The notes below the pieces were generated by a model. The model saw only the letters and a list, made by a program, of their open reading frames with translations. It ran no database searches and was not told where the DNA came from. This document shows positions 37,804 through 50,716 of a stretch of DNA of 64,000 nt, piece by piece (positions within the stretch are counted from its first letter, which is position 1; each line of letters opens with the position of its first letter). Position numbers and translations under genes: made by a program. The stretch is from Chara braunii (taxonomy: Eukaryota; Plantae; Charophyceae). Location of the stretch: positions 2,780,017 to 2,844,016 of the forward strand of contig BFEA01000001.1 in the NCBI GenBank assembly GCA_003427395.1, written 5' to 3'.

Positions 37804-39065
37804 CGCTCTCTCTCGCTCTCTTGCTCTCGCTCTCGCTCGCTCGCTCGCTTTCATGCGTGCGTCGCGTGAGTTTTTTTTTTTTTGATAAGGGTCTTGATGG
37901 AGCACGGGGGGACAGATTTGAAATTGGAGCAGATACCACATGTCATTGTGGGGGGGGGGAAAGCGCGTAGTTAGTTAGAATGGGGCCTCTCTCTCTCAGA
38001 TACCACATGTCATCTTGTGGGGGGGGGAACCACGTAGATAGTTAGAATGGGGTCTCTGTCTCTCACACATCAGCTTTATCTTTTCTCTCTCTGTTTTGTC
38101 ACTCTCACTCTCTCTCTCCCCCCAGTGTGCATGCGCCATCGTGCATTTTTTTTTTTTTTTTTTGCTTGTTGTTGAAAGGACTCGGTGGACAACGGATCAA
38201 AAATGAAACTGCTCCGAGCAGATACTGCACTTGATCGGGGGAGGTGGTGCGTAGTTAGTTAGATTGGGTTCTCTCTCTCTCGTGCGCGTGTGCGAATGCA
38301 CACGCGTGCGTTTTTTTTTCTTTTAAAAAAAGTCCACGGAACAGATATGAAACTGATTGGAGCATAGACTGAGCGTATACTACACTTCATCGTGAGGAGA
38401 GGGGAAGGGGGGGGCCAGCGGGCGCAAGGTAGGTTAGATTGGGGTCTCTCTCTCTCTCTCCCTCTCTCTCTCTCTCCCCGCTTTCTCTCTCCCTGCCTCT
38501 CTCTCTCTCCACCTTCGCTTGACCTCTCCCCTCCCTCCCTACTCAACCCCACCTCTGCCCTTCTTCCTCCTTTCCCCGACCCTCTCCGTAAGGCTTCTCC
38601 CTTCGGCCTTCCCCTTCCTCTCGGCGTCCTCCCAACCTCCTCTTCCTCATGCTCTTCCTTCCCCATCCCCCCTCTGCTCTCCTCCCCCCTCCCCTCGCCT
38701 GACCTCTTAACTCCCTCCGCACTCCATCCAACGAACCTCTGCCCTCGCTCATCCTTCCCTTTGCTCTCCCTCCATTCGACTTCTCTCGGCTGTCTGTCCC
38801 CTTCTTGGCCTCCTCCTCTTCTCTTCAACCTTCTTGACCATCTCCCTCCCCTTCCTTCCCCCAGTCTCCGGCTGACCTTTCTTCCCCCTATGTCCTCCCT
38901 CCCCTCTCTCCTGATCTCCACCTCTGCTTGACATTCCTCCCTCAATGTCCTACCCTCCCTTCCTTCCTCGGCCTGATCTCCACCTAACCTCATTCCGCCC
39001 TCCACCCAACTGCAGTTCGTTTTTCTCATTTCTTTCAGATGGACCTAAACGATGCATCTCTTTTT

Positions 39066-39125
<60 letters not shown>

Positions 39126-41080
39126 NNNNNNNNNNNNNNNNNNNNNNNNNNNNNNNNNNNNNNNNNNNNNNNNNNNNNNNNNNNNNNNNNNNNNNNNNNN
39201 NNNNNNNNNNNNNNNNNNNNNNNNNNNNNNNNNNNNNNNNNNNNNNNNNNNNNNNNNNNNNNNNNNNNNNNNNNNNNNNNNNNNNNNNNNNNNNNNNNNN
39301 NNNNNNNNNNNNNNNNNNNNNNNNNNNNNNNNNNNNNNNNNNNNNNNNNNNNNNNNNNNNNNNNNNNNNNNNNNNNNNNNNNNNNNNNNNNNNNNNNNNN
39401 NNNNNNNNNNNNNNNNNNNNNNNNNNNNNNNNNNNNNNNNNNNNNNNNNNNNNNNNNNNNNNNNNNNNNNNNNNNNNNNNNNNNNNNNNNNNNNNNNNNN
39501 NNNNNNNNNNNNNNNNNNNNNNNNNNNNNNNNNNNNNNNNNNNNNNNNNNNNNNNNNNNNNNNNNNNNNNNNNNNNNNNNNNNNNNNNNNNNNNNNNNNN
39601 NNNNNNNNNNNNNNNNNNNNNNNNNNNNNNNNNNNNNNNNNNNNNNNNNNNNNNNNNNNNNNNNNNNNNNNNNNNNNNNNNNNNNNNNNNNNNNNNNNNN
39701 NNNNNNNNNNNNNNNNNNNNNNNNNNNNNNNNNNNNNNNNNNNNNNNNNNNNNNNNNNNNNNNNNNNNNNNNNNNNNNNNNNNNNNNNNNNNNNNNNNNN
39801 NNNNNNNNNNNNNNNNNNNNNNNNNNNNNNNNNNNNNNNNNNNNNNNNNNNNNNNNNNNNNNNNNNNNNNNNNNNNNNNNNNNNNNNNNNNNNNNNNNNN
39901 NNNNNNNNNNNNNNNNNNNNNNNNNNNNNNNNNNNNNNNNNNNNNNNNNNNNNNNNNNNNNNNNNNNNNNNNNNNNNNNNNNNNNNNNNNNNNNNNNNNN
40001 NNNNNNNNNNNNNNNNNNNNNNNNNNNNNNNNNNNNNNNNNNNNNNNNNNNNNNNNNNNNGGGGGGGTTAGTTAGTCAGAATGGGGTCTCTCTCTCTTTC
40101 TCCCCCCCTCTCCCTCCCTCCCCTGCATGCGTGAGTGCTCGTGCAGATCTTTTCTCTTTTCTGAAACGGAAGGGCTCAATGGACCACGGATTAGATATGA
40201 AACTAATTGGAGGAGATACTACACGTGAGTTAGATTGGGGTTTCTCGGTCACATACACACACACATCAACTTTATTTCTCTCTCTCTGTCTCTCTCTCCC
40301 CCCCACGTGCGTGTGCCCTCGTGTGTTTTGTTTTGTTTTGTTTATTTGTTGATATGACTTGATGGATGATGGATCGGATATGAAACTGCTCAGAGCAGAT
40401 ACTGCACTTGATTGGGGGGGGGGGACATGGGGGGGGAAGGTGGCGTGCAGTTTGTTAGATTGTCTTCTCTCTCGCGCGCGTGCACACGCGTACGTTTTTT
40501 TTTCTTTTTCAAAAAGGTGTCGATGGACCACGGATCAGATATGAAACTGATCGGAGCATATACTACACTTCATCATGATGAGAGGGGGGGAGGGGGGGGC
40601 AGGGGGGGGGAGTGGAGCGGGGTGCGAGGTTAGTTAGTTTGGGGTCTCTCTCTCTCTCTCTCTCTCTTTTGCTCGCTCGCTCGCTTGCACACGCATGCCA
40701 CTTTTTAGAAACTGATTGGGGCAGGGGGGGGTGTAGTTAGTTAGAATGGGGTCTCTCTCTCTCTCACCCTCTCTCTTCTCTCTCTCCCTCCCCCATGCGT
40801 GCGAGTGCTCGAGCAGATTTCTGTTTTTTTCATCTGAAAAAGGTCTTGATGTAGCACGGATCAGATATGAAACTAATTGGAGCAGATACTACACGTGAGT
40901 TAGATTGGGGAAGCTGTGGAGGAGGGGCAGAGGGGAGCAGAGAAGCTGTGCAGAAGGTGGGGAGGATGAGGAGTGGAGGGGCAGTGGAGGAGAGGTGCGG
41001 AGAAGCTGCGGAGGATCTGTGGGGGAGGGGGAGCGGGTGAGCGGAGTGGGATGGCTCTCTCTCTCCCTCTCTCTCTCTAT
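37016..41080. repeat. CT-rich low-complexity repeat complex in intron 3
   Basis: ~37190-37690 is duplicated at ~38595-39065. Recurring GATATGAAACTRATTGGAGCAGATAC and GTTAGTTAGAATGGGGTCTCTC modules. (CT)n tracts. Spans gap 39126-40060. Confidence 0.8.
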
Positions 41081-41218
41081 GTGGAGTGCAAACACTGCAA
41101 AATAGCAAACTGTGTGCCAGGGTTATGAATCGTTTGATCTAAGTAACTCTGGCTTCTGCTTGTTGAGTAAATCTTTTGATCGAAGTAATCCTGAATTCTG
41201 TATGTTGAATGTTTTGAA

Positions 41219-41327
41219 CATACCTGCGGCGCAAGTGTGCGGTGCACTGGTCACCGATGCGCGAAAAAAAAAGAACAAAAAAAAAGAAAGTGGCTGTGAT
41301 GTGTGAGAACATGCGCGAACATGTGCG

Positions 41328-41416
<89 letters not shown>

Positions 41417-41417
41417 N

Positions 41418-41475
<58 letters not shown>

Positions 41476-42239
41476 AGCAAATAGCTCCTTAACATTAATA
41501 AGAAAACTCCTGCGGATTTCTGAGAGGCCCCTGCAGAGAATTAGCAAGGCATACCCATGCTAGGGTCATGGCACGCCCAGTATATGTGGAGTTGATTCAC
41601 ATTAAGGTCCGTGTTTGAGCAGTTATGGGACCACTGAGCACATGATTTTCTGGGCAGGCCAACTCACCACGTGCTTTTCAGGGCTTCCCTCCAGTACTTC
41701 AGGGTTTCCCTCCACTACTCACCAAATGTGCAAAACTAGAACGAATGTTCTGCTAGAACATGGAACCATACGCCACCATATGTTTTGTCTTTTGTGCAAG
41801 TGGTGACGAGTGGAGCAAGGCCCTTAGGGCCACTGCTCGTAGGAAAACAAAACAAAAGAAAGAGAGAGCTATGGTAGTAAGTAGTTGTAACTTGTAACCC
41901 ATAACTGCTGGAAAACAGACCTGACTTCGGATCCACAACATATATTGCTGGCCTGCTCCGCTCTCACACAAAATTTGTTGAACGTCTCTTCTTGAGATGT
42001 TGGGACCCTTGCAGATGCATTGCTGGGGTCCTTTGGGAAAAACACTATTCAACGAGGAATACGTGGCCCCAATTTTTTTCCTTCTGTGCCCTTAGATTTT
42101 TTAGTAGGGAGGGGCACCATTGGCTACCTCAGCCAGCCTCTGAGTTGTTTTTACCCTATTTATTGGGGTGCGCATGCATGCTTGTGTGCTATGCGCCGCA
42201 CATGCGGAGTCCGCGCGCATGCGATGCGCCACAGGTGTG
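41219..42239. mobile_element. Non-autonomous hAT element in intron 3
   Basis: TIRs CATACCTGCGGCGCA / TGCGCCACAGGTGTG. Perfect 8-bp TSD GTTTTGAA (41211-41218, 42240-42247). Confidence 0.88.
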
Positions 42240-42324
42240 GTTTTGAATCTTTTGATCTCAGTAATTCCGACCTATCCTTTGTTGTTTCCCTGTGTTCGAC
42301 TTGTCCTTTGTTTTGTTTTTACAG

Positions 42325-42395
42325 GAACATTTACTGTCTCGAACCTCGGGATGTTTGGCGTTGATAGATTTGATGCAATCTTAACTCCCGGCCAG
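42325..42395 (+). CDS. LTA2: Plastid PDH E2, exon 4
   Basis: TTTACAG| (G)TFTVSNLGMFGVDRFDAILTPGQ |GTATGC; 71 nt, restores phase 0. Confidence 0.95.
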
Positions 42396-42790
42396 GTATG
42401 CCTGACTCCCCCCCCCCCCTCTCTGGACCCTTCCTTTCGTCGCTTTGGACTCTGTTCCCTAATCGTACTGTACTAAGTCCTTTCGTCGCTTTGGACTCTG
42501 TTCCCTAATCGTACTGTACGTACTTTTTTCTTTTCTGTGCCTGCCTCCTCCTTGACCTTTTAAGGTAATTCTGTTGTATCAGTGCTCGGTCAATGCACTG
42601 TGTTTTCTGTGTCCTCGAGAATCGGTTGGATCCCAGGCTGCACGTCAAAGGAATGAATGCATGTCTTTCCCTTGTCTTCCTCTTTTTTCCTCCGCAGTTT
42701 TATATGCTGCGGTAGCTTGCAGATTGGTTAAGGAATTTTCTCCATCATGATGCAATCAAATATGGGAGATGCACATGCTCGGCTTGATTT

Positions 42791-43061
42791 GTCCGGGACA
42801 TCCATGAAAGGTGGAACGATTTGGACAAGATTACTATGGTCGTTTGGGACATCCATTAGAAGTGGAACGAATTGGAGAAGATTAGCAATGGGCCCTTGGG
42901 ACATCCATTAGAAGTGGAACGAACGATTTGGAGAAGATTTGCATGGGCCTTTTGGGACATCCATTAGGAGTGGAATAATTTGGAGATGATTAGACATTCA
43001 CTAGACGTGGAACGATTTGGAGAAGATTAGCACGGCCCCTGTGCAAGGATAGAAATGGTTT
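42791..43061 (+). pseudogene. Five tandem U6 snRNA-derived units in intron 4
   Basis: Unit GGGACATCCATTAGAAGTGGAACGATTTGGAGAAGATTAGCATGG versus U6 GGGACATCCGATAAAATTGGAACGATACAGAGAAGATTAGCATGG. The last unit extends GGCCCCTGTGCAAGGAT..AGAAATGGT. Confidence 0.85.
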
Positions 43062-43185
43062 AAATGAGTTGTAGCTATGGGTTAAAATGTAAGTTCAATT
43101 GTGAGGAATTTAAGTGTCCTGCATATATTTTGAAACTGTGGGTGAAATTTTGACGTAATTTCCACTTTCTCTCCTGGTGGTGCAG

Positions 43186-43269
43186 GGTGCTATTATGGCT
43201 GTTGGATCATCTCGGCCAACTGTTGTAGCAACGGATGATGGAATGTTCTGTATCAAGCGGCAGATGCAG
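43186..43269 (+). CDS. LTA2: Plastid PDH E2, exon 5 (not in ORF track)
   Basis: TGCAG| GAIMAVGSSRPTVVATDDGMFCIKRQMQ |GTAAGG; 84 nt. Confidence 0.93.
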
Positions 43270-43333
43270 GTAAGGTTCAGGACATCGATTCTTGAAACGG
43301 TATTTGCTATGTGTCTGGCTTTTGGCTTTTAAT

Positions 43334-43450
43334 CATACTTGTGGCGCACCAGTGTGCAGTGGGGGGCGGGGCAGTGCGCAGTGCGCACGCTGCAGGCAGT
43401 GTGCCTGGTGCGCAAAAAAAAATAAAAAATGAAAAATCATTTATTTGCGG

Positions 43451-43522
<72 letters not shown>

Positions 43523-44556
43523 AAAAGTCCCCCTTTACGTCAATTCAGGGTCCCCTACAGGTAACTCAATGGCTTCGACAATGCACTTGGACATTGTGGA
43601 GACATTGAGGACCGTCGCTTTTAGCACGCACGATGGCCATGTCATATATGGGAGAGGTGGGAGCATACCACCAATATATGCTGTGGGTGCGAGTTCAGGT
43701 CTGTAGCTTGAGAGTTATGGGTCACCAATTCAGCTAGACCCTGTTCATCTCCACGCGATTCTCAGGGCCTATCTCCACCACTCACCGAATGTATAACGTT
43801 AGAATGAATCTTCTCCTAAAACATGGAACCATACAACGCTATATGTTATGTCTTTTGTGCATGTGGTGAGTAGTGGCGAGAGGCCCCTTGGGCCACTGTA
43901 CATATTCATAAGAAAACAAAAAGAAAAAAACGAGAGAGCTACAGGCATCTTCTTAACCCATAACTGCCGACATGCAGACCTGAATGCCAAGCATGTATTG
44001 GTGGTCGGATGGCCTCACCAAACATATATTTTGACTTCTGCGAGCAGTGTGGGGCAGGGCATTATTGGGCAGTTATACCCTTCTTGCAAATGCGTCCACC
44101 TCTTCAGCATATATTGGTGGTTGGCTGGCCTCACCAAACATATTTTGTGACTTGTGCGAGCAGTGTGGGGCAGGGCATTATTGGGCAATTATACCCTTCC
44201 AAATTCACCCACCGCCGTGTAGGATTTGCAGAAGGGAGGGGGAAGGCCAGTTACCACACCCCGCCTGAAACAGAAAACTCGAATGAGGCTCAATGAGCCC
44301 TTTTTTCATGTTCCATGATTTTGAAATTTTTGGGGGAGGGGCGTCCGGAATTCAAAATTTGGCAGCCCTTGCCTCCCCAAAAAAATTCGGGCCAAGGGCA
44401 CGGATGGTGTTTTTTTGTGCAGTGAGTTTAACATTTTTGCCGGGGTGGGTGCTGTAGGAAATTATGAAACCATTACTGTTTTGTTTTTTGGGACCTTAAT
44501 TTTCCTGGTGCTGTGTGTGGTGCGCTGCGCGTGCACCGATGTGCGCTGCAACTATG
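43334..44556. mobile_element. Non-autonomous hAT element in intron 5 (same family as 41219-42239)
   Basis: TIRs CATACTTGTGGCGCAC / GTGCGCTGCAACTATG. Perfect 8-bp TSD CTTTTAAT (43326-43333, 44557-44564). Shared internal AACATGGAACCATAC...TGTCTTTTGTGCA. Confidence 0.88.
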
Positions 44557-44599
44557 CTTTTAATTGATTGTGCGACATGTATCTGGCTTTCATTTTTAT

Positions 44600-45260
44600 A
44601 GATGGTGTGCTATCTGTGTGTGAGTGGCCCACTTGCCCATCTACCGGGTAAGTTAGCTTTGTTCACTCCAGCTGAAGACGAAGCAACGTATGAGCCAACA
44701 GGCCAACCGCCAGCATCTCCCTTGTCCATTCCACGCCGGCTACTTCGTATGGGTCTCGTGGAGTTCAGCCTCGAGCAAGACATCTCTCGCAAGCTCCTTC
44801 CTAAATGGATGGGGCCCTGGCCCATTGTGGCACCCACTGGGGATGCACGCGAAAGACCCTCTTGTCATTCGGGTGCCTGCCCACTTGCCCGTTTACCCGG
44901 TCTTCCATTTTTAAGTTAGCTCTGTTCACTACAGTGCAATGCGATGACGCTTGAGTGACGATCGCAAGACCCACCCTCTATGGATGGCTTTCAAGGGGTT
45001 TACGGAAGCTCCCAGCAGCATTACGGCAACAGGCATTAGAGTACTTCGTACATTTCGCCTATTGTAGCCATAAGGCTGACCGATGGTTGCCCGTGTGGAA
45101 CTGCAGGCAATAGTGCTCGATGTTCTCACACGTTGCAAACGCAAGTTACAAGGCAAGCCGGTACCTTCGGCTCCACATCGTACTCGCGTCCAGGTTCCTC
45201 CTTCGGATCGTCAGCTGCGCCCTCGACCCGGCCACTTCGTAAGGAGGGGGGGGTGTTACA
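44600..45260 (+). mobile_element. 3' remnant of a chromovirus (gypsy): integrase tail, chromodomain, PPT and LTR start
   Basis: SRKLLPKWMGPWPIV and, in another frame, RVPAHLPVYPVFH. Chromo-like LEYFVHFAYCSHKADRWLP (45036-45092). PPT AAGGAGGGGGGGG (45241-45253) followed by TGTTACA. Confidence 0.8.
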
Positions 45261-46731
45261 TGCTGAGCCTGCACACAGGCCCCATTTCCAGTGCCCGATG
45301 GTTGCTGAGGGGCGTCCAGGCTGCGTGCCCACCAGACACTCGCTCGGGAGGCCCACGACAGCCCTCAGGCTGCAGGTACGGATTAGCGACAGCATTTATT
45401 TATTTATTGTGCTGTCGTATTTTTGTCTGTTCAGATGTCGTTTTTTTTCAAACTTGCAGGCCCCAAGGCTATGTCTTGGGCTGGGTACACCAGTGGCAGG
45501 GTTTTGAGGCCAGGTGCGCTTAGGCGCCTTGCTGAATCAGCAGCACGGTCTGGATGCCCGGTAGGGGCCCAGACCGAATGGGCTGTTTTGGGCCAGAAGG
45601 CACGCCCAATGCTACTTATAGCTGGGCTACCGCTGGGCACACACACAGTTCGAGTAGCTCACTTCTTGGGCGACATGCTGCTGGACCAGCGCGGCACGCT
45701 ACAGTGCTGTGCGAGGAGGAGGTTAGAGGTAGAGGCTAGGTATGCAGAGCGGTGGAGGCCATACCTGCAGTGGGGAGCTCACCTGGTGCCATAGCTGGGA
45801 CTCCACGACGGCGACCTGCACATGACGGCGACGGCGACGATAGTCAGTCCCAGGCCACTGCTACCTGCAGGTGAGACAGTGAGGAGGATTTTTGCCTTCC
45901 TTCTTCGCCCTCCGTCTCTCCTCCCTCCGACCATCTTCTTCTTTGTCTGACAGAGAGAGAGATTACTGGTAGACAGTACATCGGGCATATGTCCATGCTG
46001 TGATTTGATATTTTGCGCCAGACATTGATTCGACACTCGGCAATGGACGAGTTTTTGGACTTCGCTATCGCAATTTTGGTTGTCTCCCTCACCGCCATCT
46101 TCGTCTCGCCTCCTTCCCCCATCTCTCATCTGCGGTACCTACCGGTAGGGTTTCTTGGTACCTCACCAAGAAACCGACGGCTTGACATTGTCCTACCAGA
46201 CCGACGGCCCGGATTATTTGCCTGTTGGAGAGGGCCATGGTACCTACCGATGGTTTCTTGGTGCGGTACCTACTGGTAGGGTTTTGTGTTCGGGAAAATA
46301 TGTTCCCATAGGCTGATGTAACTACTTTTTTGGCGGCGTGTACTGTTTTTGGGGGGGTGTTGCATATTCGTGAAACACAGTTAAAGTATGGCGCAGATTC
46401 CCAGAACCAACCAGATAATACAGAGTTAATACAAATACAGCGGAAGAGTTGATACCCATGGACTGACTCTGACCTGACTCGGACTGAGATTGAAAACTCT
46501 CAATCATGCATCGGTGGTGTGAAGTTGGTCTTGGACATAGAAGAAAGGCCAGGGTCTGAGATCGTACATGGACGGATGGAGGGAGAAGAGAGACGAAGGG
46601 AGGATGAGATGAAATCAGATCCCAAGAGTAGTCCTCAACCTACAGTCTCAATGTCGCTGTCTCCAGTGTCATCAGAACTCGTCACCATCCTTGATACTCG
46701 TCCCGTAGGAGCATCCGGGAGTTTAAGGTAG

Positions 46732-46812
<81 letters not shown>

Positions 46813-46817
46813 NNNNN

Positions 46818-46877
<60 letters not shown>

Positions 46878-47781
46878 ACACGATCACAGAATTGGATATC
46901 TCCTGATATCTGAGAAAGAATACTTGTGGTGAGCAGGAGACAGGTATGCAACGTGTGACACCCACACAACAGGTGAGTTCAAATCCGTACAACCACCTAC
47001 CCAGCAAACCACAACTGAAAGGAATGCAAACTGTGATCAGGTCTCTGACAGGACAAAAAAGCAAAAAGAAAAGAAAAGAAAACATATGTTCAAGGCATAC
47101 AAAGCAGCAGCTGCATTCCATCGGCAGTGTCAACAACAGTGCACAGGTTAGCCTAAAAAATACCCCGGCCGCCTAAACCCACACACGGACCAACAAACCT
47201 CCACCCACCCCCATTTGCACCCTTTCCCTTCTTTTTTTGCGGGCGAATCAGCAACAGGTAACCTCGTGTATTTGGATGTACACCCCTTGTTGATGCTTGG
47301 CTGATGAATTGTCCATACGAGTCCTTTTCATCACTTTGTGGATCCTTGGCTCCCATACATCGTCTGACTGGGCATGTTACATCAGTTGTCAGGAAGTGTC
47401 TGGAAGTGTCTGGATAAAAAAAACAATTCCAGAGAGAATTGTTCTCAAATCTTTTGAAATTCAGAGAAAGACACGAGCTCTTGTTTCCAACTCTGCGGCG
47501 AGCCTCCAGAGGTTACATCAGTTGTCTGGAAGTGTCTGGAAGGCTCTGGAAGTGTCTGGATGTGCTGTGCTGCGCCTGTCTTGTGCTTATCCTGTTTGAG
47601 TCTGACAGGGGTAATTTGGTAATTGGAAAGCTGGTTGTTGCTAGGAATTATTTTTTAAATGAAGGAAGGGGGCTGTAGGCTCTGTAAGTTTTGAGAGGGG
47701 TGTTTTTGTTGGGGAAGGCAGGTGTTCTTATGTGTGTTTTCTGGTCTTCATGTCTCCGTCTCTGTTCTTTTTTTCCGACAG

Positions 47782-47886
47782 GTCAATGTGACAGCCGATC
47801 ACCGGATAATCAATGGTGCCGATTTGGCGGCGTTCCTCCAAACATTTGCAGGCATCGTTGAGAATCCGTCACAGCTTACCCTTTAG
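47782..47886 (+). CDS. LTA2: Plastid PDH E2, exon 6 with catalytic His motif and stop (not in ORF track)
   Basis: Polypyrimidine tract, GACAG| VNVTADHRIINGADLAAFLQTFAGIVENPSQLTL-TAG. Spliced CDS is 1647 nt = 548 aa. Confidence 0.95.
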   Translation, partial: VNVTADHRIINGADLAAFLQTFAGIVENPSQLTL

Positions 47887-48173
47887 TTGACGTGTGCTGG
47901 TGTGTGACACTGAGGGGCTGTTGGGTTGCAGAGCAGAGATTGAGGGAAAATGGGATGCGATCTTATGTAAGCCGGAAGTTGCATTCAATCAGTGATGCTG
48001 GTAGAAGCTAGCAATCCTGGGTGCTCTCATCTTTGCTCTTGGCTCGTTTTTCCTGCGCAGAGCAGAGCTCAAATTGTCCCCTCAGAAGCTAGGTAAGTCA
48101 TGTTAGTGAACTGTACCAGTTTGTTGTTGTAGACTTTGAACTTCAGTTGTAGATCAGCTCTTTGTGCCACTTG

Positions 48174-48240
<67 letters not shown>

Positions 48241-48784
48241 CACACACACACATGCCCAGGCCAGTTCATTGGTGGAATACATCGCTGGAGGATGAATTAG
48301 GGTGTGGTGTGTGCTTTGTGCGTGTGTGTGTGTGTGTTCAATCTGTGCTTGGCCTTGTGTGTACTGAGAACTATTAAAACCAAGTGGTTTTTGTAAGGTG
48401 GTTTACTTTGTGATTGCCAGTTGGGTCAATGTGTAAGGATGGGTTTATTGTGTAGAGAGACTCCTTGAGTGGGGTTTGGTGTAGCTAGTGAATTTGAGGA
48501 CTAGAGACGGTGAGATAGTTGGATTGGTGCACTCACTGGCTTGGCTGATAGTGCAGTTGGGCTGATGGATACTTGTGATGCGTGAAGATTGGCGTTGTGG
48601 CTTATTTGGCCAGCAAAGCTTGACAGGTCACCTTGCTGTAGAAAGCCGGAGGGGAAAAGGATCTATTTTGCTTGGAGTACACGAGAGCGGTTTGCCATTT
48701 GTTGCCTCTTGGTCGTATGGCCTTGGGCTGGTAGTCTTTCTGTCGACGATGTCATGTCAGAGGGAAGCGAGAAGGGCAGTATTG

Positions 48785-49237
48785 CCTGTGGTGGTTGCCA
48801 ATTGGCATGCCAGTATTGTCATGTCAGTGAGAGGGGTCGGCAATTTCACATTATTCTTCGTTTGGCGATGACACCCATCTGATGCAGATGCAGTGATGCT
48901 TAGCAATTCTTTGTTTTCCTTCTTTGTAGACTATATCATCTTTTTCTACTGAAGATGTTATTTTGTTTATCTACATGTGCCTTTTGAGCTCAAGTTCCAA
49001 GGGAGTGCTTGTATGACCCGCGTGTGCGTGTTGCCCTTTGGCTCGGATGGAGCTCTCTCAAACACTGAACTCAAATTGTTTTTTTCTGTCAATGAGCGTT
49101 GCGGGAGAGGAAGCTGTGGTGGCTGCCGATTGGCATGCCAGTATTGTCATGTCGGTGAGAGGGGTCGGCAATGTCACATTATTCTTTGTTTGACGATGAC
49201 ACCCATCTTATGCAGACGCAGTCATGCTTAGCAATTG

Positions 49238-49270
<33 letters not shown>

Positions 49271-49810
49271 TAGACTAGATCATTTTCTACTTAACAAGTT
49301 AATATGTTATACTTAATAAGTTAATATGTTATTTAAACTTATTTTGTTTATCTACATGTGCCTTTTGAGCTCAAGTTCTAAGGGAGTGCTTGTATGACCT
49401 GCTTGTGCGCGTTGCCCTTCGGCTCGGATGGAGCTCTCTCAAACAATGAACTCAATTGTTTTTTTTCCGGCAATGAGCGTTGTGGGAGAGGAAGCTGTTA
49501 GTGAACAGACGGATAGATGTGGCGATTGCATTTCATAATTTGGATTTTAATTACCCCATTTGGTGAAACAATTAACTCAATTGCTTTTTTTCGGCAATGA
49601 GCGTTGTGGGAGAGGAAGCTGTTAGTGAACAGACAGATAGATGCGGCGATTGCATTTCGTAATTTGGATTTCGACTACCCCGTTTGGTGAAACAATGAAC
49701 TCAATTGTTCTTCCGTCAATGAGCGTTGCGGGAGAGGAAGCTGTTAGTGAGCAGACAGATGCGGCGATTGCATTTTGTGACTTTTGGATTTTGATTACCC
49801 CATCTGGTGG
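48785..49810. repeat. Tandem duplications downstream of the stop codon
   Basis: ~330-bp block 48785-49115 is repeated from 49115. Then ~122-bp units (AACAATGAACTCAATTG...GAGCGTTGYGGGAGAGGAAGCTG) at ~49441, 49567 and 49691. Confidence 0.85.
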
Positions 49811-50664
49811 GTGACACTGGATGTCGGTTCAAGTGCATTATCTTAGAGAAGCGTTGTCTTTACTCTTTCGAGGTGTGACTCGTAGATGTATAAAAAAAGC
49901 TTGAGCAACCAAATTAGAGTAGCATTTGAAAAAAATGGAGTAGACTTTGAACTTTGACGAGAATGCCCATCGCGTGCCAGGTGTGTGCGGTATAATTGCG
50001 AAAAATGGTCAAGTGTATCTGTGTAGTCCAATGGAATGATGGGTGTGTTTCAGCGGGAAAAAACTCTTGCCGCTTCTTACATGCGGTATTACATGCGGTA
50101 TTGTGTTTATGAACATGGCTGTTTGGGTGTGGTCATCATGTCCTGATTGAGGTTGCTGACAGGTGTGATGGTGTATCTTGATATGTAGGTGCCCACTTCT
50201 GTGGTGTATCGTGCTTGATCTGTTTTTTGTTCATAGTGTGCTGGCATGGCTGTTTGGGTGTGGTCATCACCAGGGTGAGTGTTGCTTCGGTTCTACTGGG
50301 CTGCTGTTGCTTCTTCTTGAAGGTGTACTCGTCATTCGCCCCATGGGAGTAGCGTCAATGCTTCAGACGCCATTTTCAAATCAATAAAACACATTACAAA
50401 GAAGCACAGGGGATGGGAGGGAGGCAATGGGCACGGAACCAGCACCACAGGATGACAAACCACAACGTGGCACATGGACTTGAGGAGCACGAGAGGATGG
50501 ACAAACAGTGAGGCAGCACATATAGGCTGGAGTGCATAGGGGAGGCAGGAGGGCAGACAACACAGGCACACAAGGCAGGGGAAAGACACCAACCAGCAAA
50601 CCCAAAAAAAAAGCAAGTCCCAAAGAAATAAAAAGACTGAAAAAAATAGAACTGATGATGAAAG

Positions 50665-50716
50665 ATTGTTTCGCCGTGCACTGACTCACTCATCAGGAGG
50701 CTGAACCCTTGGCAAT
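50665..50716 (-). ncRNA. Diverged hammerhead of the same family downstream of the gene
   Basis: Minus strand ATTGCC-AAGGGTTCAGCCTC-CTGATGA-gtgagtcagtgcacggc-GAAA-CAAT. The cleavage triplet is mutated to GCC. 51225-51275 also resembles the reverse complement of 31580-31640. Confidence 0.6.

Noticed and set aside
36646-39029. ER/LS/SP-rich ORFs on both strands
   Set aside because: Translations of (CT/GA)n and CT-rich low-complexity repeats.
42791-43061. Functional U6 snRNA gene
   Set aside because: ACAGAGA box altered, 3' region deleted, tandemly fragmented, and no clear upstream element or long oligo-T terminator.
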